A model generated the notes under the pieces. It did not search any database. It had not been told where the DNA came from and saw nothing but the letters and a program-made list of their open reading frames with translations. A stretch of DNA of 64,000 nucleotides from Escherichia coli (GTDB taxonomy: Bacteria > Pseudomonadota > Gammaproteobacteria > Enterobacterales > Enterobacteriaceae). The position numbers were made by a program, and so were the translations under genes. The stretch lies in assembly GCF_024700885.2 (NCBI RefSeq), contig NZ_CP117016.1. One strand, given 5' to 3'. Positions 1 to 13,400 of this stretch are shown in pieces; position 1 is the first letter of the stretch; every line of letters starts with the position of its first letter.

Positions 1-922
1 ATCACGCGAGACAACCTGTATTTCCGGATATTTTCTGAACCAGGTCGCCAGCGTACGCTGATCACGGCCGGGAAGCAGGACGAGGGGACGGTGAGTATCA
101 AGATTGACTATTAACATACCGCAGCAGTGGCCCCGATGCCACGCCCACTCATCAATACCGACATGAGGCGCGCCTGACTGTTTCGTCTCCGGGGTATTGA
201 TAACCCTGCGAAGAAGAGTATCAGCACTGCAACGGAGACCCGCTGCCGTTGCAGCCCGTTTTCCAGCCTCACCTCCAGCTATTAATCCCAGTTGACGTTG
301 TAAATTTTGTAACGCCTGTGAAGACTGTTGGTGTGAACCGGCGAAGGGAGCAAGCGACTCGGCAAAAATTTTACGTGAACAAGCTGGGTTACGGCAGTAC
401 CAGTGGCGGACGGAAAATACAAGCCATAGCGTCTGTCCTGATCAGGGTAGATGCTGTATCCGGCGCCGACAACAACTATGAACAGAGTCGCTACGCTTAA
501 AGCATTCAGGACATTGTGCTGTTTTGCGTTTTCCGTGGAGATGGAGGGTTATACCGTCAGAGCTAATAATTTGTCGACTGCATCGCCATCCGCAAGGTAA
601 CTGTAGAAGTGTCTTAAGAGAGTGCATTGGGTTGCCCATAACTTAAAACAGCTTAGATCCTTGTTCGCCAGAAAGTTTCATCCATTTTCTTCCACCCAGG
701 TTGCGGAAGAACCACTTTTCATCCGTCGTTGACAGATGTGAAGTATGCGGGAGAAAAAGTGAATATCTAACTGTAATAACTCAGACCGGTACGAGTACTC
801 GGGGCGTCTACAATCATTCAGGGCAAAGTGCTAAAATTTCTCTATCCCGGGATGCCCCTACCAACGCAGCACTCCCGGAGATATCATTACAGCTCTGCAA
901 CTGATTTCCGCGACTGAACCGC

Positions 923-1333
923 TCAGTTCCTATCCTTCCAGTTGCCTTCCTGCAGCCCCCCCTCCCTGCTGTATACCCCAGTACCACAACGCGGGCAGCA
1001 CTTTTCCCCCTCATAATCTTCGTCACACATCACACAAAACCACTTTCTCACCTTCACCGTATAATCCGGAACCGTCATGCCCTGCAGATGCAAACGACGG
1101 GCCTCTTTCTCTGCCGGGTCAAGCCAGGTGCATCGCAGCAGGATTTTCGCAGCAACAGTCATCTGGTCATGTTCAAACCACGGCGGTTGTCCGTCATTTC
1201 CCCGCTTAAGTGTTAACGGACAACCACAGGACACACAGCACAAAACGTCCTGTCGGTTGTGCTTCGCGGCTTCTTTCGCCGTAACAAAATGGCCTTTGCT
1301 GTCATTCGCCATATAGCAGTTCAGAATTCGCAT
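923..1333 (-). CDS. Cys-rich putative zinc-ribbon protein (PWFEH motif), paralog A
   Basis: 136-aa ORF with CxxC...PWFEH...CxxC...CxxC pattern; paralog of 2497..2895. Confidence 0.45.
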   Translation of the reverse strand: MRILNCYMANDSKGHFVTAKEAAKHNRQDVLCCVSCGCPLTLKRGNDGQPPWFEHDQMTVAAKILLRCTWLDPAEKEARRLHLQGMTVPDYTVKVRKWFCVMCDEDYEGEKCCPRCGTGVYSREGGLQEGNWKDRN

Positions 1334-1339
1334 ATCTCC

Positions 1340-2495
<1,156 letters not shown>

Positions 2496-2496
2496 T

Positions 2497-2895
2497 TCAA
2501 GACAGTTGCTGAGCTGTCCGGGGAAGACTGAAACCTCCGGTCTGGCAGTGTGTGCAGTACCGCTCCCCATAATAATCGTGGTGACATTGTCTGCAGTGCC
2601 AGCTGGCTTTACGCACCACGGGTAAGGCATCCGGTACGAATTGCTGCAGACGTTTAATCAACTGTATTTCTCTGCGCTCCGGCCTGACATAAGGGCACTG
2701 TTGACCGTGCTCTGTCAGCCTGTCGTCAGTGTGTTCAAACCAGGGACGTTCAGTGTCGTATTGCGGATGGTAACTGAGTGCACTGCCACACAAGTGGCAG
2801 GTGTAGTTAGCATAAGGTGCGGCCTGTGCAGTACGGGCGCCCGTCAGACGTCCGTTGCCATCAAGAGCGATAAAGGATTTTGCGTACATAGTCAT
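2497..2895 (-). CDS. Cys-rich putative zinc-ribbon protein (PWFEH motif), paralog B
   Basis: 132-aa ORF sharing the Cys spacing and PWFEH motif with 923..1333. Confidence 0.45.
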   Translation of the reverse strand: MTMYAKSFIALDGNGRLTGARTAQAAPYANYTCHLCGSALSYHPQYDTERPWFEHTDDRLTEHGQQCPYVRPERREIQLIKRLQQFVPDALPVVRKASWHCRQCHHDYYGERYCTHCQTGGFSLPRTAQQLS

Positions 2896-3055
2896 ATTCC
2901 TCAGCCGCCAGACGACACGCAGGCAACAGCCGTCCCGGTACGGGCAGCGTGGTCAGGTGTGAATAGCGGTTTTCAGTTCAGTCTCAGAAGGGAAAATCAG
3001 TGTGGTCGCTGTGAACGCGTCATCACACTAAGGTCAGATAAGTCGTCTGTCGGGC

Positions 3056-3625
3056 TCAGCCACGACTGCAGCCAAAGTTGCGCTCACCGGTGCAGTGAGC
3101 TTTGGTATGTTCCTTCGCCAGATAGTCAGCACGTTCCAGCACCTGCTGAAAGCCAGTGTCATCATCGCGTTCCAGCCACACCGCCGGCCAGGCCGGAAAA
3201 TGCACCAGCGTGGCATGGCACCCGACATCCACTCCCAGGGCACTGCACCACGCCTGTTTAATCATCCCGGCCAGTGATCCCGGAGCACGGTAATCACCGG
3301 CACGACACCAGGTATCCCGGTTAACCAGCAGCATCAGGTGATAGTGTTTTTTACCTTTGCACTCCCCAAACTCCCGGGCCCAGACGTAATGCAGGGTGGT
3401 GGGATGCACGCGTTTACCTTCCCGATGCTTACGTTTCTGGTAAGCGTCGATTCGGGCTTTCAGGGCATTGATGAAGCGGGATATCACAGCTGCGTCCGTT
3501 GCTGCCGGTACATCCGGGAAACGCAGGTCAACCCGCAATGCCGTCAGGCGGGGATGAACATTCAGTGCGTGCCGCACCGTCTCACGAATACGTTGCTGCC
3601 AGAAGGGGTTGTATTTGTAGGTCAT
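3056..3625 (-). CDS. YagK/YfjJ-family (inovirus Gp2-like) protein
   Basis: Translation resembles the YagK/YfjJ family of CP4-type islands (from memory); start set at internal Met MTYKYNPFWQQ. Confidence 0.5.
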   Translation of the reverse strand: MTYKYNPFWQQRIRETVRHALNVHPRLTALRVDLRFPDVPAATDAAVISRFINALKARIDAYQKRKHREGKRVHPTTLHYVWAREFGECKGKKHYHLMLLVNRDTWCRAGDYRAPGSLAGMIKQAWCSALGVDVGCHATLVHFPAWPAVWLERDDDTGFQQVLERADYLAKEHTKAHCTGERNFGCSRG

Positions 3626-3824
3626 GGTTAAATCTCCGTATGGTTCATACGGAATAGCCACGTCGTAAAAAATGCGCAGAGTCCCTGAAGTGACCTCCGG
3701 CAGGACACTGTCTCAGGCACTCTGAGATAACCCGAACGGTCGTCTCCGGACTGACGGTTGAATTTTCAGCGTTGTTTTTTTAATGTAAAAAACCGGTTAC
3801 GGGTAAGGCTGTGAGGAGGGCGTT

Positions 3825-4025
3825 ATGGTGATACGCAAAAAGAAGTGCAGGGACTGTGGAAACGCGATTACTCATAATACTGTGTATTGCCCGTATTGTG
3901 GTTCTGTCGACCCCTTCGGCTATTACCGGAATACAGACCGTATCGTTACCATACTGCTGGCACTGATTATTGTGGTCCTGCTGACTACTGTCAGCGTCAG
4001 TGTGTATATACTGTGTAGCTGGTGA
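3825..4025 (+). CDS. small zinc-ribbon membrane protein (hypothetical)
   Basis: 66 aa; CxxC...CxxC followed by a hydrophobic helix; GAGGAGG Shine-Dalgarno upstream. Confidence 0.35.
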   Translation: MVIRKKKCRDCGNAITHNTVYCPYCGSVDPFGYYRNTDRIVTILLALIIVVLLTTVSVSVYILCSW

Positions 4026-5347
4026 GATAACGGTTCATGTATCCCCTGAGCTGACAGTGTACCGGTTATATTAAGCGTAACCGACAGGTTCTCCTTCATA
4101 CCATATTAAATTTTTCCAGGTATTGCCGCTGCCTTATTTCGTCCCATACAGGAAAACTCGTCTGGGTTTCTGACAAATACGTGAAACTCACAGCCCCTCA
4201 ATATCAACCACACGCTGTAAGCCGGTAATACCTGAAAATCAGCCCATTACCGCCCACGCCTCCGGCACCATTCCCTTTTGATTTCGAATTCTTTGTTGTC
4301 GCTATACCGCTTAACGTTCCCGGTATTATCCTGGTTCCCGACAACAGGAACATATTCAGCTTTTAATAACCTGAGAAGAGCCAATAAGAATCACAAAGCG
4401 GATAACACCTGGTGCGATGCAGTTGTGATTACCGAACGCTCAGATGACATATTTCCAGACTGAAGCGGGAACACGATCGTAAAGCTTGTTCATTGTCAGT
4501 TCTGCCAGCCAGTGATCAACCACAGAGTTGAAGGCTTCCAGTTCCGCAGAGGTAAGTTTATAACGCGTGTGGGAAATCACTTTTTCCAGCGTCTCCCGGG
4601 ATGAACAACGACGGAACTGCTTTGGTTTTAACTTCCATTAGCCTCTCATCACTTTATGCTGCAATTAACGTGATACTGTCAGCATACCGCCAGACTGGCA
4701 TTCTGGTACCCACCCCAAACTCATTACTCCCGAGCCACCACTTAACCGGTCTCTCAGACTGTCACTCACCAGGTCGGATATGTTTACCGCTCAGACGGAT
4801 GCTTAATGCACTCTGTTCACGTACATTGCAGATACGTTTTATATACGCGGGTTATACGCCAGCTATCAGGGATAGCGCAGTCTGTTGCTACTGCGTTCTC
4901 ATCATGCCCACTGATCACACTCACCGTGTTTATTTCACATATATGAACTCATGTATTTGATCTCATGTGTTTGATCTCTCTTATATATTTATAATACCAA
5001 TCAGACAGTCTTATCCCATCGGTGATACCTGTCGCCTGCCCACCGGACACGGTCTGCCCCATCGTAACCGCTCCGTAAATAACTCTGCAATTATCAGAAC
5101 GCCAGTTTTCCCCTCTTCCTCACGAAAATCATCCCTTCTTTATCGCGCGCGCGTGCGGAAGCATCGTTTCGTAACAACCACCCGGCATACCGGTACGGCT
5201 CAGCCACCGTAACCTCCCCGTTTATCTCCTGGCGGTCACATTCCCGATTATTTTTTACGTTTCTCCCCGGTTGTTATGCCGGTGAAGGTGGTGCGTTGTT
5301 TTCATGACCACACCGGCTGGTTTAACAACATCCGGAGGAACATTCTC

Positions 5348-5554
5348 ATGATCACCCCAGTTTCACTGATGGATGACCAGATGGTCGACATGGCATTTAT
5401 CACTCAACTGACCGGCCTGACCGATAAGTGGTTTTACAAACTCATCAAGGATGGTGACTTTCCTGCGCCCATCAAAATGGGCCGCAGCTCCCGATGGCTG
5501 AAAAGCGAAGTGGAAGCCTGGCTGCAGGCGCGTATTGCACAGTCCCGTCCGTAA
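5348..5554 (+). CDS. alpA: AlpA-family prophage transcriptional regulator
   Basis: C-terminal ...FITQLTGLTDKWFYKLIKDGDFPAPIKMGRSSRWLKSEVEAWL... typical of AlpA; start at internal Met. Confidence 0.6.
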   Translation: MITPVSLMDDQMVDMAFITQLTGLTDKWFYKLIKDGDFPAPIKMGRSSRWLKSEVEAWLQARIAQSRP

Positions 5555-5634
5555 TTCTTAACCGTTCATCTGCAACAGACGCAGTCTCCGGCCTGCCGGC
5601 GGCGTTCTGCTGCCTGTTATCCCCCGTGAGGAAT

Positions 5635-6243
5635 ATGAAAATGAAACCACAGTATCAGACCCGTTACGAGCTGCTCCACGAAAGCTACCAGAAATGGCTG
5701 ACCGGCTTCACCCGGCACGCCGTATCCTGGGGCGTGTGTCATCCGAATATCTACTACTTCCATAATCTGACGCCCGGGTGGGTGTCATTCAATGGTGAAA
5801 AACCGGAGATTGCCATCGTACCCCAGAGTCTGCACCGGCTGATTTATGGTCCGGACAAACGGACCACGCCGCCCCTGGATGATGATCTGATAGTGAATTT
5901 ATGCACCAGTGAACATCTGCTGGTTCATCATCCGATGCTGGAAGGCATTCTCCTGTCTGAATGTGAACGTCTGAGGCAGCGTTCGCTGGCAAATAAACTG
6001 ATCAGCCTCTTCCGTCAGTTTGGTGGCACGGAGTTGCGCCTCAAACTGGTCTGGCTTTGCTGGCTTGATTTAATGACCGGAAACTGCCTTGACGACTGGA
6101 CGGAGAATCTGAAACGGAAATCAGAAAAAGAGCTGGAGGAATGGATCATCAACCGTCAGAAGCAGAGCGCAGCACTGACGGATCTGATGGATCAGTACGT
6201 GCTCCTGGCATACCGCACAACGGTTGACGATAAGCGCACCTGA
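5635..6243 (+). CDS. hypothetical island protein
   Basis: 202-aa ORF from internal Met MKMKPQYQ; no recognisable motif. Confidence 0.4.
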   Translation: MKMKPQYQTRYELLHESYQKWLTGFTRHAVSWGVCHPNIYYFHNLTPGWVSFNGEKPEIAIVPQSLHRLIYGPDKRTTPPLDDDLIVNLCTSEHLLVHHPMLEGILLSECERLRQRSLANKLISLFRQFGGTELRLKLVWLCWLDLMTGNCLDDWTENLKRKSEKELEEWIINRQKQSAALTDLMDQYVLLAYRTTVDDKRT

Positions 6244-6564
6244 TGCCAGTTGTTTCAGGGAAGCTGGTATCCGGGCAGGGTGCCAGGGCTGACTGAACGG
6301 CCTGTCTGCCTGCCGTTTCGCTCTCCGTGCGTTCTGTCACACGCTGCACCTGAACGCCGGACTGCGGGCACGCAGACAGGAAAGTCGCAGGCTGGAACTT
6401 CTGACCGGCGGGTATCAGTTATATGCCTGTTGATTCATCACCACCACGCAGCTCCTGAGCTTTAGTTCATCACCGATATTCATACATCTGAATATCGGTG
6501 ATGAAATCCCCATAATAATCAATCATCTAAGTCTGAAGCATAATGGAGAAAAACTGCTCACCGG

Positions 6565-8049
6565 TTACTTCGCTCTCAGCTTATTGTAGTGATAACCCGA
6601 GGTAAAAATACCAGAGACATCAGACAACTTTAAACTGGCTATCTGGGGAAGCAGAACATACATGGTTTTTCCTTCCGGCACGACAGAAAGCCTGAACTGA
6701 GATTCAAGAATGTTCAGCAATGCGTTCAGTTTTTTCCTGTTTCTGAACCGACCCGGGCCACACTGGAGAATATAATTTTTCCTGACACGGGGTGGGCATT
6801 CTCCGCGGCACTCCTCAATGAGCCAGTCGAACAGCTCCTCGGCGTCCTTCTGCTGCAGTTCAGATTCATCAGGTAACGCAAATAATTTTTTATATTCATC
6901 TGTGTACCACGAACTTATTACGACAGCAGACGTCATGATATCGGCAGAGATTTTCCCTTCACCATAGCTGAAATACTGAAATAACGCTGCAATTCTTGCA
7001 ATGTTTTCTGTTTTTTTTGAAACATGTCCTCGAAACGGGCTTAAGGGTCCGGAAGGGGATAAATCCTGCTCCAGAACATTATAGTGCTCAATAAATATTT
7101 TTTGCGCTTCAGGCGAAAAATGCAGACAATACCGTTCATCCTCACTGGATTTTTCAATACTGCCTCTGGCCAGTTCCATTAATCGTTCATGAAATGCCGT
7201 TAATAATCCTCCCGGAATCACAGCTCCGTTAATAAAGCGTTTCCCCTGCGTGGTTGCAGGTTTACTGATAAGACAACGGGCAAGAAAACCACTGTCCCTG
7301 GCAACAGAACCTTTTCGCTCCATATATCGGTCAAAAAGACCGGGTTGCACCATGAGGGATAACGTCATTCTGGCATTTTCAATCATCTGTTCGGGTTCAT
7401 TCTTTCTGTCCACAGACAATACAGAGCCATCCCACATTTTGTTAATAAAAGGCAACTCAGACAGGGTATATCCATCAAATATAATACCGGCTTCATCTGA
7501 CATAATACCCACTGAACGCCATTTACCACAAAGCTGATTCTTAATTGCCGCAGTCGTGGCATCATTAAAAATGAATTTATACCTCACAGGTTCTTCCGCA
7601 CTGTTTTTCTGAAGTACTTCCAGTTGTCTGAGGGTTTCTGACTCATCCGCGCCTTTGCGGAGTTCTTTATTCAGTTTTGACAACAATGCTTTTTTCTGAG
7701 CCTTTAAAAGCTCTTCCTTGTTTTTCCAGACAGCCAGTTCACTTTTGTATCTGGAATATAACTGCATCTCCTGCTGGTACAGGGGCTTCATTAATAATTT
7801 GTCCACTGCGGTTTTTCGTTCTCCGGACTCGGCAAGCGTCAGGAAAAAAAGAGAGACCGGCCCCCGCAGTGTATTCAGTCTGCAGACATCAATCAGATTC
7901 TGGCAGACAAGTGAAACAGCGCCCAGGGCAGACGCTGCCACAAGCCCAAGGGGAGCCTGCGTAATTTGCTGAGCTTCAATAACGGCATCACGAATGAGTG
8001 GAGGCAGCGAACTCAGGGGAAACTCATCACAAGGCTGACCGAATGACAT
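6565..8049 (-). CDS. YfjI/DUF3987-like island protein
   Basis: ~495-aa ORF; resemblance to CP4-57 YfjI-type proteins from memory. Confidence 0.45.
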   Translation of the reverse strand: MSFGQPCDEFPLSSLPPLIRDAVIEAQQITQAPLGLVAASALGAVSLVCQNLIDVCRLNTLRGPVSLFFLTLAESGERKTAVDKLLMKPLYQQEMQLYSRYKSELAVWKNKEELLKAQKKALLSKLNKELRKGADESETLRQLEVLQKNSAEEPVRYKFIFNDATTAAIKNQLCGKWRSVGIMSDEAGIIFDGYTLSELPFINKMWDGSVLSVDRKNEPEQMIENARMTLSLMVQPGLFDRYMERKGSVARDSGFLARCLISKPATTQGKRFINGAVIPGGLLTAFHERLMELARGSIEKSSEDERYCLHFSPEAQKIFIEHYNVLEQDLSPSGPLSPFRGHVSKKTENIARIAALFQYFSYGEGKISADIMTSAVVISSWYTDEYKKLFALPDESELQQKDAEELFDWLIEECRGECPPRVRKNYILQCGPGRFRNRKKLNALLNILESQFRLSVVPEGKTMYVLLPQIASLKLSDVSGIFTSGYHYNKLRAK

Positions 8050-9278
8050 AGTAACCTCACTACACACAGATATAAAAGCACTGCAATTCTGGCTATTAAT
8101 AGCAAAAATAGCAGTCAAATCAATATGAGGTAAAAATTTTTGTTGATTTAATGGTTAAATAATAACCACAGTGTGTTTTGCTGCTGAAGAAAGACAAAAT
8201 GAATCTGTGTGTCCCCTCCTTCCCTTCAGAGCACATCCACTATTCAAATTTTACACAACCACGTACGAACAAAAAGCATCATCCCGGGTATTGCAGATAC
8301 CGGTTTCCTGCCGGGATGAATCATAAACAGAACACCGGGAATAACGCCTTCAGGAATCCCCCCCTCCTGAAGAAGAATAAAATAAAGAAGACTACAGTTC
8401 CTGCACTGTATGCTGAGTACAATATTCTATGGACAGGATGACATATTTATAAATAACAAAAACCATTTAATACTGATACATCAATAAAATACTTCCTCCC
8501 TGCTGACGCAGATAAAATGCACCATTTTTTCTTCAAATACTTCTGTATAATCGCCAGCCAATGATGAGAATGGATTAAAATAACACTTCTTCGACAAACA
8601 CAAAAACAGCCTTCATTTTACATCATCATCCAGTTTCAGTTAACCCCGGACGAGCAACAGCGTTTCAGTACAGGAATTAAAAGCCAGCTTTTGCTCAGTA
8701 AAAACACACTCAACTAATAATATCTCAGCAGATATTATCCTGACCAGGACACCTCACATTACTGAATTCTCTTCCGACAGTATCACTGCACAAATAAAAA
8801 AGAACGGGATAAATATTCAGACCGGAAGAATGGTGTCACAAAAGCATTTAATCATTACGCATGACCAGGAAGGGAAACACTTAACCACATGGTATCAACA
8901 GATATCATTACGTGTGCACCCTTATAAAAAACACACAGAAGAAGTAAGATAATTATAAATGTAAATTTAATATCTCCCACTGACATCTCCCCCACAATAC
9001 ACTGAAAAATACTCACAGCAGTAAACACAGACACACCTGATAATCATGCAGCCGATAAATATTTTCCCCTTTACGGAGAAATCAGCCTGCTGTTTAACAA
9101 TAACGGCGTATTTTCATGGAAGGAGATCACCCAGTAACGGATAAGTCCTGATCTCCTTCATGTTAATACGCAACAATCCCATCGATTAAAAACAATTTCA
9201 GACAGATATTATCTCCGTGAATCCCCCGCCACCTTTCCGGTGCGCGGGATTTTGTCTTTTTTCACCGGGAATACATGT

Positions 9279-10151
9279 ATGAATCCGTCTGATGCCATTG
9301 AGGCAATTGAAAAACCGCTCTCCTCCCTGCCTTACTCGCTTTCCCGTCACATCCTGGAACATCTGCGCAAACTCACCCGTCACGAACCCGTGATTGGCAT
9401 TATGGGTAAAAGCGGGGCCGGTAAATCCTCACTCTGTAATGCACTGTTTCAGGGGGAGGTCACCCCGGTCAGTGATGTTCACGCCGGCACCCGGGAAGTA
9501 CGGCGCTTCCGTCTGAGTGGCCACGGTCACAGCATGGTTATCACTGACCTGCCCGGGGTGGGCGAGAGCCGGGACAGGGATGCAGAGTATGAGGCCCTGT
9601 ACCGTGACATTCTGCCTGAACTTGACCTGGTACTGTGGCTGATTAAAGCCGATGACCGTGCCCTGTCTGTGGATGAGTATTTCTGGCGACACATCCTGCA
9701 CCGGGGACATCAGCGGGTACTGTTTGTGGTGACGCAGGCCGACAAAACGGAGCCCTGCCATGAATGGGATATGGCCGGTATTCAGCCTTCTCCTGCACAG
9801 GCACAGAATATTCGCGAAAAAACGGAGGCGGTATTCCGTCTGTTCCGGCCCGTACATCCGGTTGTGGCCGTATCGGCCCGCACCGGCTGGGAACTGGATA
9901 CGCTGGTCAGTGCGCTCATGACAGCGCTTCCCGACCATGCCGCCAGTCCCCTGATGACCCGACTGCAGGACGAGCTGCGCACGGAATCTGTCCGGTCTCA
10001 GGCCCGTGAACAGTTTACCGGTGCGGTGGACCGGATATTTGACACAGCGGAGAGCGTCTGTGTTGCCTCTGTTGTCCGTACGGCCCTGCGCGCTGTTCGT
10101 GACACGGTGGTCTCTGTTGCCCGTGCGGTATGGAACTGGATTTTCTTCTGA
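9279..10151 (+). CDS. yeeP: YeeP/YkfA-family GTPase
   Basis: P-loop GKSGAGKSS, DxxG (DLPG), TQADK G4-like motif; position immediately upstream of flu as in CP4-44. Confidence 0.7.
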   Translation: MNPSDAIEAIEKPLSSLPYSLSRHILEHLRKLTRHEPVIGIMGKSGAGKSSLCNALFQGEVTPVSDVHAGTREVRRFRLSGHGHSMVITDLPGVGESRDRDAEYEALYRDILPELDLVLWLIKADDRALSVDEYFWRHILHRGHQRVLFVVTQADKTEPCHEWDMAGIQPSPAQAQNIREKTEAVFRLFRPVHPVVAVSARTGWELDTLVSALMTALPDHAASPLMTRLQDELRTESVRSQAREQFTGAVDRIFDTAESVCVASVVRTALRAVRDTVVSVARAVWNWIFF

Positions 10152-10254
10152 ACCTGTCGTGACTGATGCCCTCCCTGACTCTGAGTCTGCTCACAAAAGC
10201 ACTGTTTTCGTTACTGTCTCTCTTGTCCGTGCAATAGCTCAATAATAGAATAAA

Positions 10255-10460
10255 ACGATCGATATCTATTTTATCGATCGTTTATATCGATCGATAAGCT
10301 AATAATAACCTTTGTCAGTAACATGCACAGATACGTACAGAAAGACATTCAGGGAACAACAGAACCACAATTCAGAAACTCCCACAGCCGGACCTCCGGC
10401 ACTGTAACCCTTTACCTGCCGGTATCCACGTTTGTGGGTACCGGCTTTTTTATTCACCCT
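10255..10460 (+). ncRNA. isrC: flu 5' leader / IsrC-like sRNA region (positional inference)
   Basis: In K-12 the IsrC sRNA maps immediately upstream of flu; assigned by position only. Confidence 0.3.
10257..10292 (+). promoter_or_regulatory. agn43 phase-variation switch: three GATC (Dam) sites in the OxyR-binding region
   Basis: GATC at 10257-10260, 10276-10279 and 10289-10292, embedded in ATCGATCG repeats about 190 bp upstream of the flu ATG. Confidence 0.7.
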
Positions 10461-10478
10461 CAATCTAAGGAAAAGCTG

Positions 10479-13400
10479 ATGAAACGACATCTGAATACCT
10501 GCTACAGGCTGGTATGGAATCACATTACGGGCGCTTTCGTGGTTGCCTCCGAACTGGCCCGCGCACGGGGTAAACGTGGCGGTGTGGCGGTTGCACTGTC
10601 TCTTGCCGCAGTCACGTCACTCCCGGTGCTGGCTGCTGACATCGTTGTGCACCCGGGAGAAACCGTGAACGGCGGAACACTGGCAAATCATGACAACCAG
10701 ATTGTCTTCGGTACGACCAACGGAATGACCATCAGTACCGGGCTGGAGTATGGGCCGGATAACGAGGCCAATACCGGCGGGCAATGGGTACAGGATGGCG
10801 GAACAGCCAACAAAACGACTGTCACCAGTGGTGGTCTTCAGAGAGTGAACCCCGGTGGAAGTGTCTCAGACACGGTTATCAGTGCCGGAGGCGGACAGAG
10901 CCTTCAGGGACGGGCAGTGAACACCACGCTGAATGGTGGCGAACAGTGGATGCATGAGGGGGCGATAGCCACAGGAACCGTCATTAATGATAAGGGCTGG
11001 CAGGTCGTCAAGCCCGGTACAGTGGCAACGGATACCGTTGTTAATACCGGGGCGGAAGGGGGACCGGATGCAGAAAACGGTGATACCGGGCAGTTTGTTC
11101 GCGGGGATGCCGTACGCACAACCATCAATAAAAACGGTCGCCAGATTGTGAGAGCTGAAGGAACGGCAAATACCACTGTGGTTTATGCCGGCGGCGACCA
11201 GACTGTACATGGTCACGCACTGGATACCACGCTGAATGGGGGATACCAGTATGTGCACAACGGCGGTACAGCGTCTGACACTGTTGTGAACAGTGACGGC
11301 TGGCAGATTGTCAAAAACGGGGGTGTGGCCGGGAATACCACCGTTAATCAGAAGGGCAGACTGCAGGTGGACGCCGGTGGTACAGCCACGAATGTCACCC
11401 TGAAGCAGGGCGGCGCACTGGTTACCAGTACGGCTGCAACCGTTACCGGCATAAACCGCCTGGGAGCATTCTCTGTTGTGGAGGGTAAAGCTGATAATGT
11501 CGTACTGGAAAATGGCGGACGCCTGGATGTGCTGACCGGACACACAGCCACTAATACCCGCGTGGATGATGGCGGAACGCTGGATGTCCGCAACGGTGGC
11601 ACCGCCACCACCGTATCCATGGGAAATGGCGGTGTACTGCTGGCCGATTCCGGTGCCGCTGTCAGTGGTACCCGGAGCGACGGAAAGGCATTCAGTATCG
11701 GAGGCGGTCAGGCGGATGCCCTGATGCTGGAAAAAGGCAGTTCATTCACGCTGAACGCCGGTGATACGGCCACGGATACCACGGTAAATGGCGGACTGTT
11801 CACCGCCAGGGGCGGCACACTGGCGGGCACCACCACGCTGAATAACGGCGCCATACTTACCCTTTCCGGGAAGACGGTGAACAACGATACCCTGACCATC
11901 CGTGAAGGCGATGCACTCCTGCAGGGAGGCTCTCTCACCGGTAACGGCAGCGTGGAAAAATCAGGAAGTGGCACACTCACTGTCAGCAACACCACACTCA
12001 CCCAGAAAGCCGTCAACCTGAATGAAGGCACGCTGACGCTGAACGACAGTACCGTCACCACGGATGTCATTGCTCAGCGCGGTACAGCCCTGAAGCTGAC
12101 CGGCAGCACTGTGCTGAACGGTGCCATTGACCCCACGAATGTCACTCTCGCCTCCGGTGCCACCTGGAATATCCCCGATAACGCCACGGTGCAGTCGGTG
12201 GTGGATGACCTCAGCCATGCCGGACAGATTCATTTCACCTCCACCCGCACAGGGAAGTTCGTACCGGCAACCCTGAAAGTGAAAAACCTGAACGGACAGA
12301 ATGGCACCATCAGCCTGCGTGTACGCCCGGATATGGCACAGAACAATGCTGACAGACTGGTCATTGACGGCGGCAGGGCAACCGGAAAAACCATCCTGAA
12401 CCTGGTGAACGCCGGCAACAGTGCGTCGGGGCTGGCGACCAGCGGTAAGGGTATTCAGGTGGTGGAAGCCATTAACGGTGCCACCACGGAGGAAGGGGCC
12501 TTTGTCCAGGGGAACAGGCTGCAGGCCGGTGCCTTTAACTACTCCCTCAACCGGGACAGTGATGAGAGCTGGTATCTGCGCAGTGAAAATGCTTATCGTG
12601 CAGAAGTCCCCCTGTATGCCTCCATGCTGACACAGGCAATGGACTATGACCGGATTGTGGCAGGCTCCCGCAGCCATCAGACCGGTGTAAATGGTGAAAA
12701 CAACAGCGTCCGTCTCAGCATTCAGGGCGGTCATCTCGGTCACGATGACAATGGCGGTATTGCCCGTGGGCCACGCCGGAAAGCAGCGGCAGCTATGGCT
12801 TCGTCCGCCTGGAGGGTGACCTGCTGAGAACAGAGGTTGCCGGTATGTCTGTGACCGCAGGGATATATGGTGCTGCAGGCCATTCTTCCGTTGATGTTAA
12901 GGATGATGACGCCTCCCGTGCCGGCACGGTCCGGGATGATGCCGGCAGCCTGGGCGGATACCTGAATCTGATACACAACGCCTCCGGACTGTGGGCTGAC
13001 ATTGTGGCCCTGGGAACCCGCCACAGCATGAAAGCGTCAACGGACAATAACGACTTCCGCGCCCGGGGTTGGGGCTGGCTGGGTTCACTGGAAACCGGTC
13101 TGCCCTTCAGTATCACTGACAACCTGATGCTGGAGCCACAACTGCAGTATACCTGGCAGGGACTTTCCCTGGATGACGGTAAGGACAACGCCGGTTATGT
13201 GAAGTTCGGGCATGGCAGTGCACAACATGTGCGTGCCGGTTTCCGTCTGGGCAGCCACAACGATATGACCTTTGGCGAAGGCACCTCATCCCGTGCCCCC
13301 CTGCGTGACAGTGCAAAACACAGTGTGAGTGAATTACCGGTGAACTGGTGGGTACAGCCTTCTGTTATCCGCACCTTCAGCTCCCGGGGAGATATGCGTG

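Noticed and set aside
1..115. Minus-strand reading MLIVNLDTHRPLVLLPGRDQRTLATWFRKYPEIQVVSRD, running off the left edge; possible transposase-like fragment
   Set aside because: Too short and cut by the window edge to assign confidently; not in the ORF track.
10866..12743. Long minus-strand ORFs (10866..11543, 11708..12070, 11961..12743) inside flu
   Set aside because: Antisense shadow ORFs within the Ag43 coding sequence; the plus-strand product is unambiguous.
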